Source of the DNA: Auanema rhodensis
Taxonomy: Eukaryota; Animalia; Nematoda
Assembly (NCBI GenBank): GCA_964057225.1
Contig: OZ059895.1
Location: forward strand, 1,984,001-2,048,000
Direction: 5' to 3'
Length of the DNA stretch: 64,000 nt
Under the pieces are notes generated by a model that was not told the DNA's origin, did not search any database, and saw only the letters and a list, made by a program, of their open reading frames with translations. How positions within the stretch are numbered: the first letter of the stretch is position 1; each line of letters begins with the position of its first letter. Below, piece by piece: positions 1 through 11,600 of this stretch. Position numbers and translations under genes: made by a program.

Positions 1-1
1 G

Positions 2-52
2 ATTTTTAAGCTGCGTCGATCTGTGTTATCAGATTTGCGCTAGCTTAAAAAT
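2..52. repeat. Imperfect inverted repeat / hairpin 1 (recurs in each monomer)
   Basis: ATTTTTAAGCT (2-12) is the exact reverse complement of AGCTTAAAAAT (42-52). Inner pairs are GCG 13-15/CGC 38-40 and ATCTG 19-23/CAGAT 30-34, with a 6-nt loop. Confidence 0.9.
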
Positions 53-69
53 GCACCGAGATATCAACT

Positions 70-91
70 GATATAAGTTCACACTTATATC
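70..91. repeat. Perfect 9-bp inverted repeat with 4-nt loop (hairpin 2, recurs in each monomer)
   Basis: GATATAAGT (70-78) / ACTTATATC (83-91); loop TCAC or TTAC. Confidence 0.9.
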
Positions 92-193
92 CTCGATTTT
101 CACCCTGAAGAATTAATTTTTTCGTTGAATAACATTGTCCATCGTCTTTGCCTTGAAAAAAGGAATCTAAAAACATCTACTTTTTGCTAAATT

Positions 194-228
194 ATTTTGA
201 AATTTTTCGAAAAAATTTTTGTCAAAAT
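194..228. repeat. A/T-tract quasi-palindrome centred on TTCGAA (recurs in each monomer)
   Basis: TTTTTCGAAAAA (203-214) is a perfect 12-bp palindrome; flanking ATTTTGA (194-200) and TCAAAAT (222-228) are complementary. Confidence 0.85.
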
Positions 229-241
229 GTTTTTGGAAGCA

Positions 242-269
242 ATGTTGAGTGTACATGGAAACTCAACAT
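242..269. repeat. Perfect 9-bp inverted repeat with 10-nt loop (hairpin 3, recurs in each monomer)
   Basis: ATGTTGAGT (242-250) / ACTCAACAT (261-269); loop GTACRTGGAA. Confidence 0.9.
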
Positions 270-3200
270 ACACTAATGCATCATTTTTCAAACGATTATA
301 ACTAATTTTTGTATTAAGCTTTTCTCAATGTAGTATAGTGCATTCGATGCGGATTTTTAAGCTGCGTCGATCTGTGTTATCAGATTTGCGCTAGCTTAAA
401 AATGCACCGAGATATCAACTGATATAAGTTCACACTTATATCCTCGATTTTCACCCTGAAGAATTAATTTTTTCGTTGAATAACATTGTCCATCGTCTTT
501 GCCTTGAAAAAAGGAATCTAAAAACATCTACTTTTTGCTAAATTATTTTGAAATTTTTCGAAAAAATTTTTGTCAAAATGTTTTTGGAAGCAATGTTGAG
601 TGTACATGGAAACTCAACATACACTAATGCATCATTTTTCAAACGATCATAACTAATTTTTGTATTAAGCGTTTCTCATTGTAGTATAGTGCATTCGATG
701 CGGATTTTTAAGCTGCGTCGATCTGTGTTATCAGATTTGCGCTAGCTTAAAAATGCACCGAGATATCAACTGATATAAGTTCACACTTATATCCTCGATT
801 TTCACCCTGAAGAATTAATTTTTTCGTTGAATAACATTGTCCATCGTCTTTGCCTTGAAAAAAGGAATCTAAAAACATCTACTTTTTGCTAAATTATTTT
901 GAAATTTTTCGAAAAAATTTTTGTCAAAATGTTTTTGGAAGCAATGTTGAGTGTACATGGAAACTCAACATACACTAATGCATCATTTTTCAAACGATCA
1001 TAACTAATTTTTGTATTAAGCTTTTCTCAATGTAGTATAGTGCATTCGATGCGGATTTTTAAGCTGCGTCGATCTGTGTTATCAGATTTGCGCTAGCTTA
1101 AAAATGCACCGAGATATCAACTGATATAAGTTCACACTTATATCCTCGATTTTCACCCTGAAGAATTAATTTTTTCGTTGAATAACATTGTCCATCGTCT
1201 TTGCCTTGAAAAAAGGAATCTAAAAACATCTACTTTTTGCTAAATTATTTTGAAATTTTTCGAAAAAATTTTTGTCAAAATGTTTTTGGAAGCAATGTTG
1301 AGTGTACATGGAAACTCAACATACACTAATGCATCATTTTTCAAACGATCATAACTAATTTTTGTATTAAGCGTTTCTCAATGTAGTATAGTGCATTCGA
1401 TGCGGATTTTTAAGCTGCGTCGATCTGTGTTATCAGATTTGCGCTAGCTTAAAAATGCACCGAGATATCAACTGATATAAGTTCACACTTATATCCTCGA
1501 TTTTCACCCTGAAGAATTAATTTTTTCGTTGAATAACATTGTCCATCGTCTTTGCCTTGAAAAAAGGAATCTAAAAACATCTACTTTTTGCTAAATTATT
1601 TTGAAATTTTTCGAAAAAATTTTTGTCAAAATGTTTTTGGAAGCAATGTTGAGTGTACGTGGAAACTCAACATACACTAATGCATCATTTTTCAAACGAT
1701 CATAACTAATTTTTGTATTAAGCGTTTCTCAATGTAGTATAGTGCATTCGATGCGGATTTTTAAGCTGCGTCGATCTGTGTTATCAGATTTGCGCTAGCT
1801 TAAAAATGCACCGAGATATCAACTGATATAAGTTTACACTTATATCCTCGATTTTCACCCTGAAGAATTAATTTTTTCGTTGAATAACATCGTCCATCGT
1901 CTTTGCCTTGAAAAATGGAATCTAAAAACATCTACTTTTTGCTAAATTATTTTGAAATTTTTCGAAAAAATTTTTGTCAAAATGTTTTTGGAAGCAATGT
2001 TGAGTGTACGTGGAAACTCAACATACACTAATGCATCATTTTTCAAACGATCATAACTAATTTTTGTATTAAGCGTTTTTCAATGTAGTATAGTGCATTC
2101 GATGCGGATTTTTAAGCTGCGTCGATCTGTGTTATCAGATTTGCGCTAGCTTAACAATGCACCGAGATATCAACTGATATAAGTTCACACTTATATCCTC
2201 GATTTTCACCCTGAAGAATTAATTTTTTCGTTGAATAACATCGTCCATCGTCTTTGCCTTGAAAAATGGAATCTAAAAACATCTACTTTTTGCTAAATTA
2301 TTTTGAAATTTTTCGAAAAAATTTTTGTCAAAATGTTTTTGGAAGCAATGTTGAGTGTACATGGAAACTCAACATACACTAATGCATCATTTTTCAAACG
2401 ATTATAACTAATTTTTGTATTAAGCTTTTCTCAATGTAGTATAGTGCATTCGATGCGGATTTTTAAGCTGCGTCGATCTGTGTTATCAGATTTGCGCTAG
2501 CTTAAAAATGCACCGAGATATCAACTGATATAAGTTTACACTTATATCCTCGATTTTCACCCTGAAGAATTAATTTTTTCGTTGAATAACATCGTCCATC
2601 GTCTTTGCCTTGAAAAATGGAATCTAAAAACATCTACTTTTTGCTAAATTATTTTGAAATTTTTCGAAAAAATTTTTGTCAAAATGTTTTTGGAAGCAAT
2701 GTTGAGTGTACGTGGAAACTCAACATACACTAATGCATCATTTTTCAAACGATCATAACTAATTTTTGTATTAAGCTTTTCTCAATGTAGTATAGTGCAT
2801 TCGATGCGGATTTTTAAGCTGCGTCGATCTGTGTTATCAGATTTGCGCTAGCTTAGAAATGCACCGAGATATCAACTGATATAAGTTCACACTTATATCC
2901 TCGATTTTCACCCTGAAGAATTAATTTTTTCGTTGAATAACATTGTCCATCGTCTTTGCCTTGAAAAAAGGAATCTAAAAACATCTACTTTTTGCTAAAT
3001 TATTTTGAAATTTTTCGAAAAAATTTTTGTCAAAATGTTTTTGGAAGCAATGTTGAGTGTACATGGAAACTCAACATACACTAATGCATCATTTTTCAAA
3101 CGATCATAACTAATTTTTGTATTAAGCTTTTCTCAATGTAGTATAGTGCATTCGATGCGGATTTTTAAGCTGCGTCGATCTGTGTTATCAGATTTGCGCT

Positions 3201-3510
3201 AGCTTAAAAATGCACCGAGATATCAACTGATATAAGTTTACACTTATATCCTCGATTTTCACCCTGAAGAATTAATTTTTTCGTTGAATAACATCGTCCA
3301 TCGTCTTTGCCTTGAAAAATGGAATCTAAAAACATCTACTTTTTGCTAAATTATTTTGAAATTTTTCGAAAAAATTTTTGTCAAAATGTTTTTGGAAGCA
3401 ATGTTGAGTGTACGTGGAAACTCAACATACACTAATGCATCATTTTTCAAACGATCATAACTAATTTTTGTATTAAGCTTTTCTCAATGTAGTATAGTGC
3501 ATTCGATGCG

Positions 3511-5616
3511 GATTTTTAAGCTGCGTCGATCTGTGTTATCAGATTTGCGCTAGCTTGAAAATGCACCGAGATATCAACTGATATAAGTTCACACTTATAT
3601 CCTCGATTTTCACCCTGAAGAATTAATTTTTTCGTTGAATAACATTGTCCATCGTCTTTGCCTTGAAAAAAGGAATCTAAAAACATCTACTTTTTGCTAA
3701 ATTATTTTGAAATTTTTCGAAAAAATTTTTGTCAAAATGTTTTTGGAAGCAATGTTGAGTGTACATGGAAACTCAACATACACTAATGCATCATTTTTCA
3801 AACGATCATAACTAATTTTTGTATTAAGCGTTTCTCAATGTAGTATAGTGCATTCGATGCGGATTTTTAAGCTGCGTCGATCTGTGTTATCAGATTTGCG
3901 CTAGCTTAAAAATGCACCGAGATATCAACTGATATAAGTTCACACTTATATCCTCGATTTTCACCCTGAAGAATTAATTTTTTCGTTGAATAACATTGTC
4001 CATCGTCTTTGCCTTGAAAAAAGGAATCTAAAAACATCTACTTTTTGCTAAATTATTTTGAAATTTTTCGAAAAAATTTTTGTCAAAATGTTTTTGGAAG
4101 CAATGTTGAGTGTACATGGAAACTCAACATACACTAATGCATCATTTTTCAAACGATCATAACTAATTTTTGTATTAAGCTTTTCTCAATGTAGTATAGT
4201 GCATTCGATGCGGATTTTTAAGCTGCGTCGATCTGTGTTATCAGATTTGCGCTAGCTTAAAAATGCACCGAGATATCAACTGATATAAGTTCACACTTAT
4301 ATCCTCGATTTTCACCCTGAAGAATTAATTTTTTCGTTGAATAACATTGTCCATCGTCTTTGCCTTGAAAAAAGGAATCTAAAAACATCTACTTTTTGCT
4401 AAATTATTTTGAAATTTTTCGAAAAAATTTTTGTCAAAATGTTTTTGGAAGCAATGTTGAGTGTACATGGAAACTCAACATACACTAATGCATCATTTTT
4501 CAAACGATCATAACTAATTTTTGTATTAAGCGTTTCTCAATGTAGTATAGTGCATTCGATGCGGATTTTTAAGCTGCGTCGATCTGTGTTATCAGATTTG
4601 CGCTAGCTTAAAAATGCACCGAGATATCAACTGATATAAGTTCACACTTATATCCTCGATTTTCACCCTGAAGAATTAATTTTTTCGTTGAATAACATTG
4701 TCCATCGTCTTTGCCTTGAAAAAAGGAATCTAAAAACATCTACTTTTTGCTAAATTATTTTGAAATTTTTCGAAAAAATTTTTGTCAAAATGTTTTTGGA
4801 AGCAATGTTGAGTGTACATGGAAACTCAACATACACTAATGCATCATTTTTCAAACGATCATAACTAATTTTTGTATTAAGCTTTTCTCAATGTAGTATA
4901 GTGCATTCGATGCGGATTTTTAAGCTGCGTCGATCTGTGTTATCAGATTTGCGCTAGCTTAAAAATGCACCGAGATATCAACTGATATAAGTTCACACTT
5001 ATATCCTCGATTTTCACCCTGAAGAATTAATTTTTTCGTTGAATAACATTGTCCATCGTCTTTGCCTTGAAAAAAGGAATCTAAAAACATCTACTTTTTG
5101 CTAAATTATTTTGAAATTTTTCGAAAAAATTTTTGTCAAAATGTTTTTGGAAGCAATGTTGAGTGTACATGGAAACTCAACATACACTAATGCATCATTT
5201 TTCAAACGATCATAACTAATTTTTGTATTAAGCGTTTCTCAATGTAGTATAGTGCATTCGATGCGGATTTTTAAGCTGCGTCGATCTGTGTTATCAGATT
5301 TGCGCTAGCTTAAAAATGCACCGAGATATCAACTGATATAAGTTCACACTTATATCCTCGATTTTCACCCTGAAGAATTAATTTTTTCGTTGAATAACAT
5401 TGTCCATCGTCTTTGCCTTGAAAAAAGGAATCTAAAAACATCTACTTTTTGCTAAATTATTTTGAAATTTTTCGAAAAAATTTTTGTCAAAATGTTTTTG
5501 GAAGCAATGTTGAGTGTACATGGAAACTCAACATACACTAATGCATCATTTTTCAAACGATCATAACTAATTTTTGTATTAAGCTTTTCTCAATGTAGTA
5601 TAGTGCATTCGATGCG
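3511..5616. repeat. Local dimeric (702-bp) higher-order repeat, 3 copies
   Basis: Monomers 11-16 alternate G,T,G,T,G,T at m320 and are otherwise near-identical. Confidence 0.7.
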
Positions 5617-8600
5617 GATTTTTAAGCTGCGTCGATCTGTGTTATCAGATTTGCGCTAGCTTAAAAATGCACCGAGATATCAACTGATATAAGTTCACAC
5701 TTATATCCTCGATTTTCACCCTGAAGAATTAATTTTTTCGTTGAATAACATCGTCCATCGTCTTTGCCTTGAAAAATGGAATCTAAAAACATCTACTTTT
5801 TGCTAAATTATTTTGAAATTTTTCGAAAAAATTTTTGTCAAAATGTTTTTGGAAGCAATGTTGAGTGTACGTGGAAACTCAACATACACTAATGCATCAT
5901 TTTTCAAACGATCATAACTAATTTTTGTATTAAGCTTTTCTCAATGTAGTATAGTGCATTCGATGCGGATTTTTAAGCTGCGTCGATCTGTGTTATCAGA
6001 TTTGCGCTAGCTTAAAAATGCACCGAGATATCAACTGATATAAGTTTACACTTATATCCTCGATTTTCACCCTGAAGAATTAATTTTTTCGTTGAATAAC
6101 ATCGTCCATCGTCTTTGCCTTGAAAAATGGAATCTAAAAACATCTACTTTTTGCTAAATTATTTTGAAATTTTTCGAAAAAATTTTTGTCAAAATGTTTT
6201 TGGAAGCAATGTTGAGTGTACGTGGAAACTCAACATACACTAATGCATCATTTTTCAAACGATCATAACTAATTTTTGTATTAAGCTTTTCTCAATGTAG
6301 TATAGTGCATTCGATGCGGATTTTTAAGCTGCGTCGATCTGTGTTATCAGATTTGCGCTAGCTTAAAAATGCACCGAGATATCAACTGATATAAGTTCAC
6401 ACTTATATCCTCGATTTTCACCCTGAAGAATTAATTTTTTCGTTGAATAACATTGTCCATCGTCTTTGCCTTGAAAAAAGGAATCTAAAAACATCTACTT
6501 TTTGCTAAATTATTTTGAAATTTTTCGAAAACATTTTTGTCAAAATGTTTTTGGAAGCAATGTTGAGTGTACATGGAAACTCAACATACACTAATGCATC
6601 ATTTTTCAAACGATCATAACTAATTTTTGTATTAAGCGTTTCTCAATGTAGTATAGTGCATTCGATGCGGATTTTTAAGCTGCGTCGATCTGTGTTATCA
6701 GATTTGCGCTAGCTTAAAAATGCACCGAGATATCAACTGATATAAGTTCACACTTATATCCTCGATTTTCACCCTGAAGAATTAATTTTATCGTTGAATA
6801 ACATTGTCCATCGTCTTTGCCTTGAAAAAAGGAATCTAAAAACATCTACTTTTTGCTAAATTATTTTGAAATTTTTCGAAAAAATTTTTGTCAAAATGTT
6901 TTTGGAAGCAATGTTGAGTGTACATGGAAACTCAACATACACTAATGCATCATTTTTCAAACGATCATTACTAATTTTTGTATTAAGCGTTTTTCAATGT
7001 AGTATAGTGCATTCGATGCGGATTTTTAAGCTGCGTCGATCTGTGTTATCAGATTTGCGCTAGCTTAACAATGCACCGAGATATCAACTGATATAAGTTC
7101 ACACTTATATCCTCGATTTTCACCCTGAAGAATTAATTTTTTCGTTGAATAACATTGTCCATCGTCTTTGCCTTGAAAAATGGAATCTAAAAACATCTAC
7201 TTTTTGCTAAATTATTTTGAAATTTTTCGAAAAAATTTTTGTCAAAATGTTTTTGGAAGCAATGTTGAGTGTACATGGAAACTCAACATACACTAATGCA
7301 TCATTTTTCAAACGATTATAACTAATTTTTGTATTAAGCTTTTCTCAATGTAGTATAGTGCATTCGATGCGGATTTTTAAGCTGCGTCGATCTGTGTTAT
7401 CAGATTTGCGCTAGCTTAAAAATGCACCGAGATATCAACTGATATAAGTTCACACTTATATCCTCGATTTTCACCCTGAAGAATTAATTTTTTCGTTGAA
7501 TAACATTGTCCATCGTCTTTGCCTTGAAAAATGGAATCTAAAAACATCTACTTTTTGCTAAATTATTTTGAAATTTTTCGAAAAAATTTTTGTCAAAATG
7601 TTTTTGGAAGCAATGTTGAGTGTACATGGAAACTCAACATACACTAATGCATCATTTTTCAAACGATCATAACTAATTTTTGTATTAAGCTTTTCTCAAT
7701 GTAGTATAGTGCATTCGATGCGGATTTTTAAGCTGCGTCGATCTGTGTTATCAGATTTGCGCTAGCTTAAAAATGCACCGAGATATCAACTGATATAAGT
7801 TTACACTTATATCCTCGATTTTCACCCTGAAGAATTAATTTTTTCGTTGAATAACATTGTCCATCGTCTTTGCCTTGAAAGAAGGAATCTAAAAACATCT
7901 ACTTTTTGCTAAATTATTTTGAAATTTTTCGAAAAAATTTTTGTCAAAATGTTTTTGGAAGCAATGTTGAGTGTACATGGAAACTCAACATACACTAATG
8001 CATCATTTTTCAAACGATCATAACTAATTTTTGTATTAAGCGTTTCTTAATGTAGTATAGTGCATTCGATGCGGATTTTTAAGCTGCGTCGATCTGTGTT
8101 ATCAGATTTGCGCTAGCTTAAAAATGCACCGAGATATCAACTGATATAAGTTCACACTTATATCCTCGATTTTCACCCTGAAGAATTAATTTTTTCGTTG
8201 AATAACATCGTCCATCGTCTTTGCCTTGAAAAATGGAATCTAAAAACATCTACTTTTTGCTAAATTATTTTGAAATTTTTCGAAAAAATTTTTGTCAAAA
8301 TGTTTTTGGAAGCAATGTTGAGTGTACATGGAAACTCAACATACACTAATGCATCATTTTTCAAACGATCATAACTAATTTTTGTATTAAGCGTTTCTCA
8401 ATGTAGTATAGTGCATTCGATGCGGATTTTTAAGCTGCGTCGATCTGTGTTATCAGATTTGCGCTAGCTTAACAATGCACCGAGATATCAACTGATATAA
8501 GTTCACACTTATATCCTCGATTTTCACCCTGAAGAATTAATTTTTTCGTTGAATAACATTGTCCATCGTCTTTGCCTTGAAAAATGGAATCTAAAAACAT

Positions 8601-11600
8601 CTACTTTTTGCTAAATTATTTTGAAATTTTTCGAAAAAATTTTTGTCAAAATGTTTTTGGAAGCAATGTTGAGTGTACATGGAAACTCAACATACACTAA
8701 TGCATCATTTTTCAAACGATTATAACTAATTTTTGTATTAAGCTTTTCTCAATGTAGTATAGTGCATTCGATGCGGATTTTTAAGCTGCGTCGATCTGTG
8801 TTATCAGATTTGCGCTAGCTTAACAATGCACCGAGATATCAACTGATATAAGTTCACACTTATATCCTCGATTTTCACCCTGAAGAATTAATTTTTTCGT
8901 TGAATAACATCGTCCATCGTCTTTGCCTTGAAAAATGGAATCTAAAAACATCTACTTTTTGCTAAATTATTTTGAAATTTTTCGAAAAAATTTTTGTCAA
9001 AATGTTTTTGGAAGCAATGTTGAGTGTACGTGGAAACTCAACATACACTAATGCATCATTTTTCAAACGATTATAACTAATTTTTGTATTAAGCTTTTCT
9101 CAATGTAGTATAGTGCATTCGATGCGGATTTTTAAGCTGCGTCGATCTGTGTTATCAGATTTGCGCTAGCTTAACAATGCACCGAGATATCAACTGATAT
9201 AAGTTCACACTTATATCCTCGATTTTCACCCTGAAGAATTAATTTTTTCGTTGAATAACATCGTCCATCGTCTTTGCCTTGAAAAATGGAATCTAAAAAC
9301 ATCTACTTTTTGCTAAATTATTTTGAAATTTTTCGAAAAAATTTTTGTCAAAATGTTTTTGGAAGCAATGTTGAGTGTACGTGGAAACTCAACATACACT
9401 AATGCATCATTTTTCAAACGATCATAACTAATTTTTGTATTAAGCTTTTCTCAATGTAGTATAGTGCATTCGATGCGGATTTTTAAGCTGCGTCGATCTG
9501 TGTTATCAGATTTGCGCTAGCTTAAAAATGCACCGAGATATCAACTGATATAAGTTCACACTTATATCCTCGATTTTCACCCTGAAGAATTAATTTTTTC
9601 GTTGAATAACATCGTCCATCGTCTTTGCCTTGAAAAATGGAATCTAAAAACATCTACTTTTTGCTAAATTATTTTGAAATTTTTCGAAAAAATTTTTGTC
9701 AAAATGTTTTTGGAAGCAATGTTGAGTGTACATGGAAACTCAACATACACTAATGCATCATTTTTCAAACGATTATAACTAATTTTTGTATTAAGCTTTT
9801 CTCAATGTAGTATAGTGCATTCGATGCGGATTTTTAAGCTGCGTCGATCTGTGTTATCAGATTTGCGCTAGCTTAAAAATGCACCGAGATATCAACTGAT
9901 ATAAGTTCACACTTATATCCTCGATTTTCACCCTGAAGAATTAATTTTTTCGTTGAATAACATTGTCCATCGTCTTTGCCTTGAAAAATGGAATCTAAAA
10001 ACATCTACTTTTCGCTAAATTATTTTGAAATTTTTCGAAAAAATTTTTGTCAAAATGTTTTTGGAAGCAATGTTGAGTGTACATGGAAACTCAACATACA
10101 CTAATGCATCATTTTTCAAACGATCATAACTAATTTTTGTATTAAGCTTTTCTCAATGTAGTATAGTGCATTCGATGCGGATTTTTAAGCTGCGTCGATC
10201 TGTGTTATCAGATTTGCGCTAGCTTAAAAATGCACCGAGATATCAACTGATATAAGTTCACACTTATATCCTCGATTTTCACCCTGAAGAATTAATTTTT
10301 TCGTTGAATAACATTGTCCATCGTCTTTGCCTTGAAAGAAGGAATCTAAAAACATCTACTTTTTGCTAAATTATTTTGAAATTTTTCGAAAAAATTTTTG
10401 TCAAAATGTTTTTGGAAGCAATGTTGAGTGTACATGGAAACTCAACGTACACTAATGCATCATTTTTCAAACGATCATAACTAATTTTTGTATTAAGCGT
10501 TTCTTAATGTAGTATAGTGCATTCGATGCGGATTTTTAAGCTGCGTCGATCTGTGTTATCAGATTTGCGCTAGCTTAAAAATGCACCGAGATATCAACTG
10601 ATATAAGTTCACACTTATATCCTCGATTTTCACCCTGAAGAATTAATTTTTTCGTTGAATAACATCGTCCATCGTCTTTGCCTTGAAAAATGGAATCTAA
10701 AAACATCTACTTTTTGCTAAATTATTTTGAAATTTTTCGAAAAAATTTTTGTCAAAATGTTTTTGGAAGCAATGTTGAGTGTACATGGAAACTCAACATA
10801 CACTAATGCATCATTTTTCAAACGATCATAACTAATTTTTGTATTAAGCGTTTCTCAATGTAGTATAGTGCATTCGATGCGGATTTTTAAGCTGCGTCGA
10901 TCTGTGTTATCAGATTTGCGCTAGCTTAAAAATGCACCGAGATATCAACTGATATAAGTTCACACTTATATCCTCGATTTTCACCCTGAAGAATTAATTT
11001 TTTCGTTGAATAACATTGTCCATCGTCTTTGCCTTGAAAAATGGAATCTAAAAACATCTACTTTTTGCTAAATTATTTTGAAATTTTTCGAAAAAATTTT
11101 TGTCAAAATGTTTTTGGAAGCAATGTTGAGTGTACATGGAAACTCAACATACACTAATGCATCATTTTTCAAACGATCATAACTAATTTTTGTATTAAGC
11201 TTTTCTCAATGTAGTATAGTGCATTCGATGCGGATTTTTAAGCTGCGTCGATCTGTGTTATCAGATTTGCGCTAGCTTAAAAATGCACCGAGATATCAAC
11301 TGATATAAGTTTACACTTATATCCTCGATTTTCACCCTGAAGAATTAATTTTTTCGTTGAATAACATCGTCCATCGTCTTTGCCTTGAAAAATGGAATCT
11401 AAAAACATCTACTTTTTGCTAAATTATTTTGAAATTTTTCGAAAAAATTTTTGTCAAAATGTTTTTGGAAGCAATGTTGAGTGTACGTGGAAACTCAACA
11501 TACACTAATGCATCATGTTTCAAACGATCATAACTAATTTTTGTATTAAGCTTTTCTCAATGTAGTATAGTGCATTCGATGCGGATTTTTAAGCTGCGTC

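Noticed and set aside
105-269. Hammerhead ribozyme / retrozyme (CTGAAGA at m105-111 fits CUGANGA, GAAAC at m258-262, and the monomer size resembles ribozyme-bearing satellites)
   Set aside because: I could not build stems I and II around the core, and the stem III partner ends in GUG rather than NUH. The minus strand has only CUGAUAA. An Infernal search with Rfam hammerhead models on a dimer would settle it.
1-351. Monomer as an ancient dimer of ~175-bp subunits, or a 117-codon coding repeat
   Set aside because: Only trivial A/T-tract similarity between the halves by eye; the ORF track shows no frame open across monomers.
1-351. 5S rDNA, snRNA or spliced-leader gene tandem array
   Set aside because: No recognisable 5S, U snRNA or SL sequence, and no conserved-gene versus variable-spacer partition.
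331-373. tRNA/SINE-derived Pol III promoter (TAGTATAGTG resembles a tRNA A-box, ATTCGATGC a B-box)
   Set aside because: The boxes are adjacent rather than ~30-60 bp apart, and there is no cloverleaf or correctly spaced B-box.
6866-7063. 65-aa ORF on the + strand
   Set aside because: It exists only because a private A>T at 6969 turns TAA into TTA in one monomer. It has a TTG start and no recognisable domain, and the stop is intact in the other copies.
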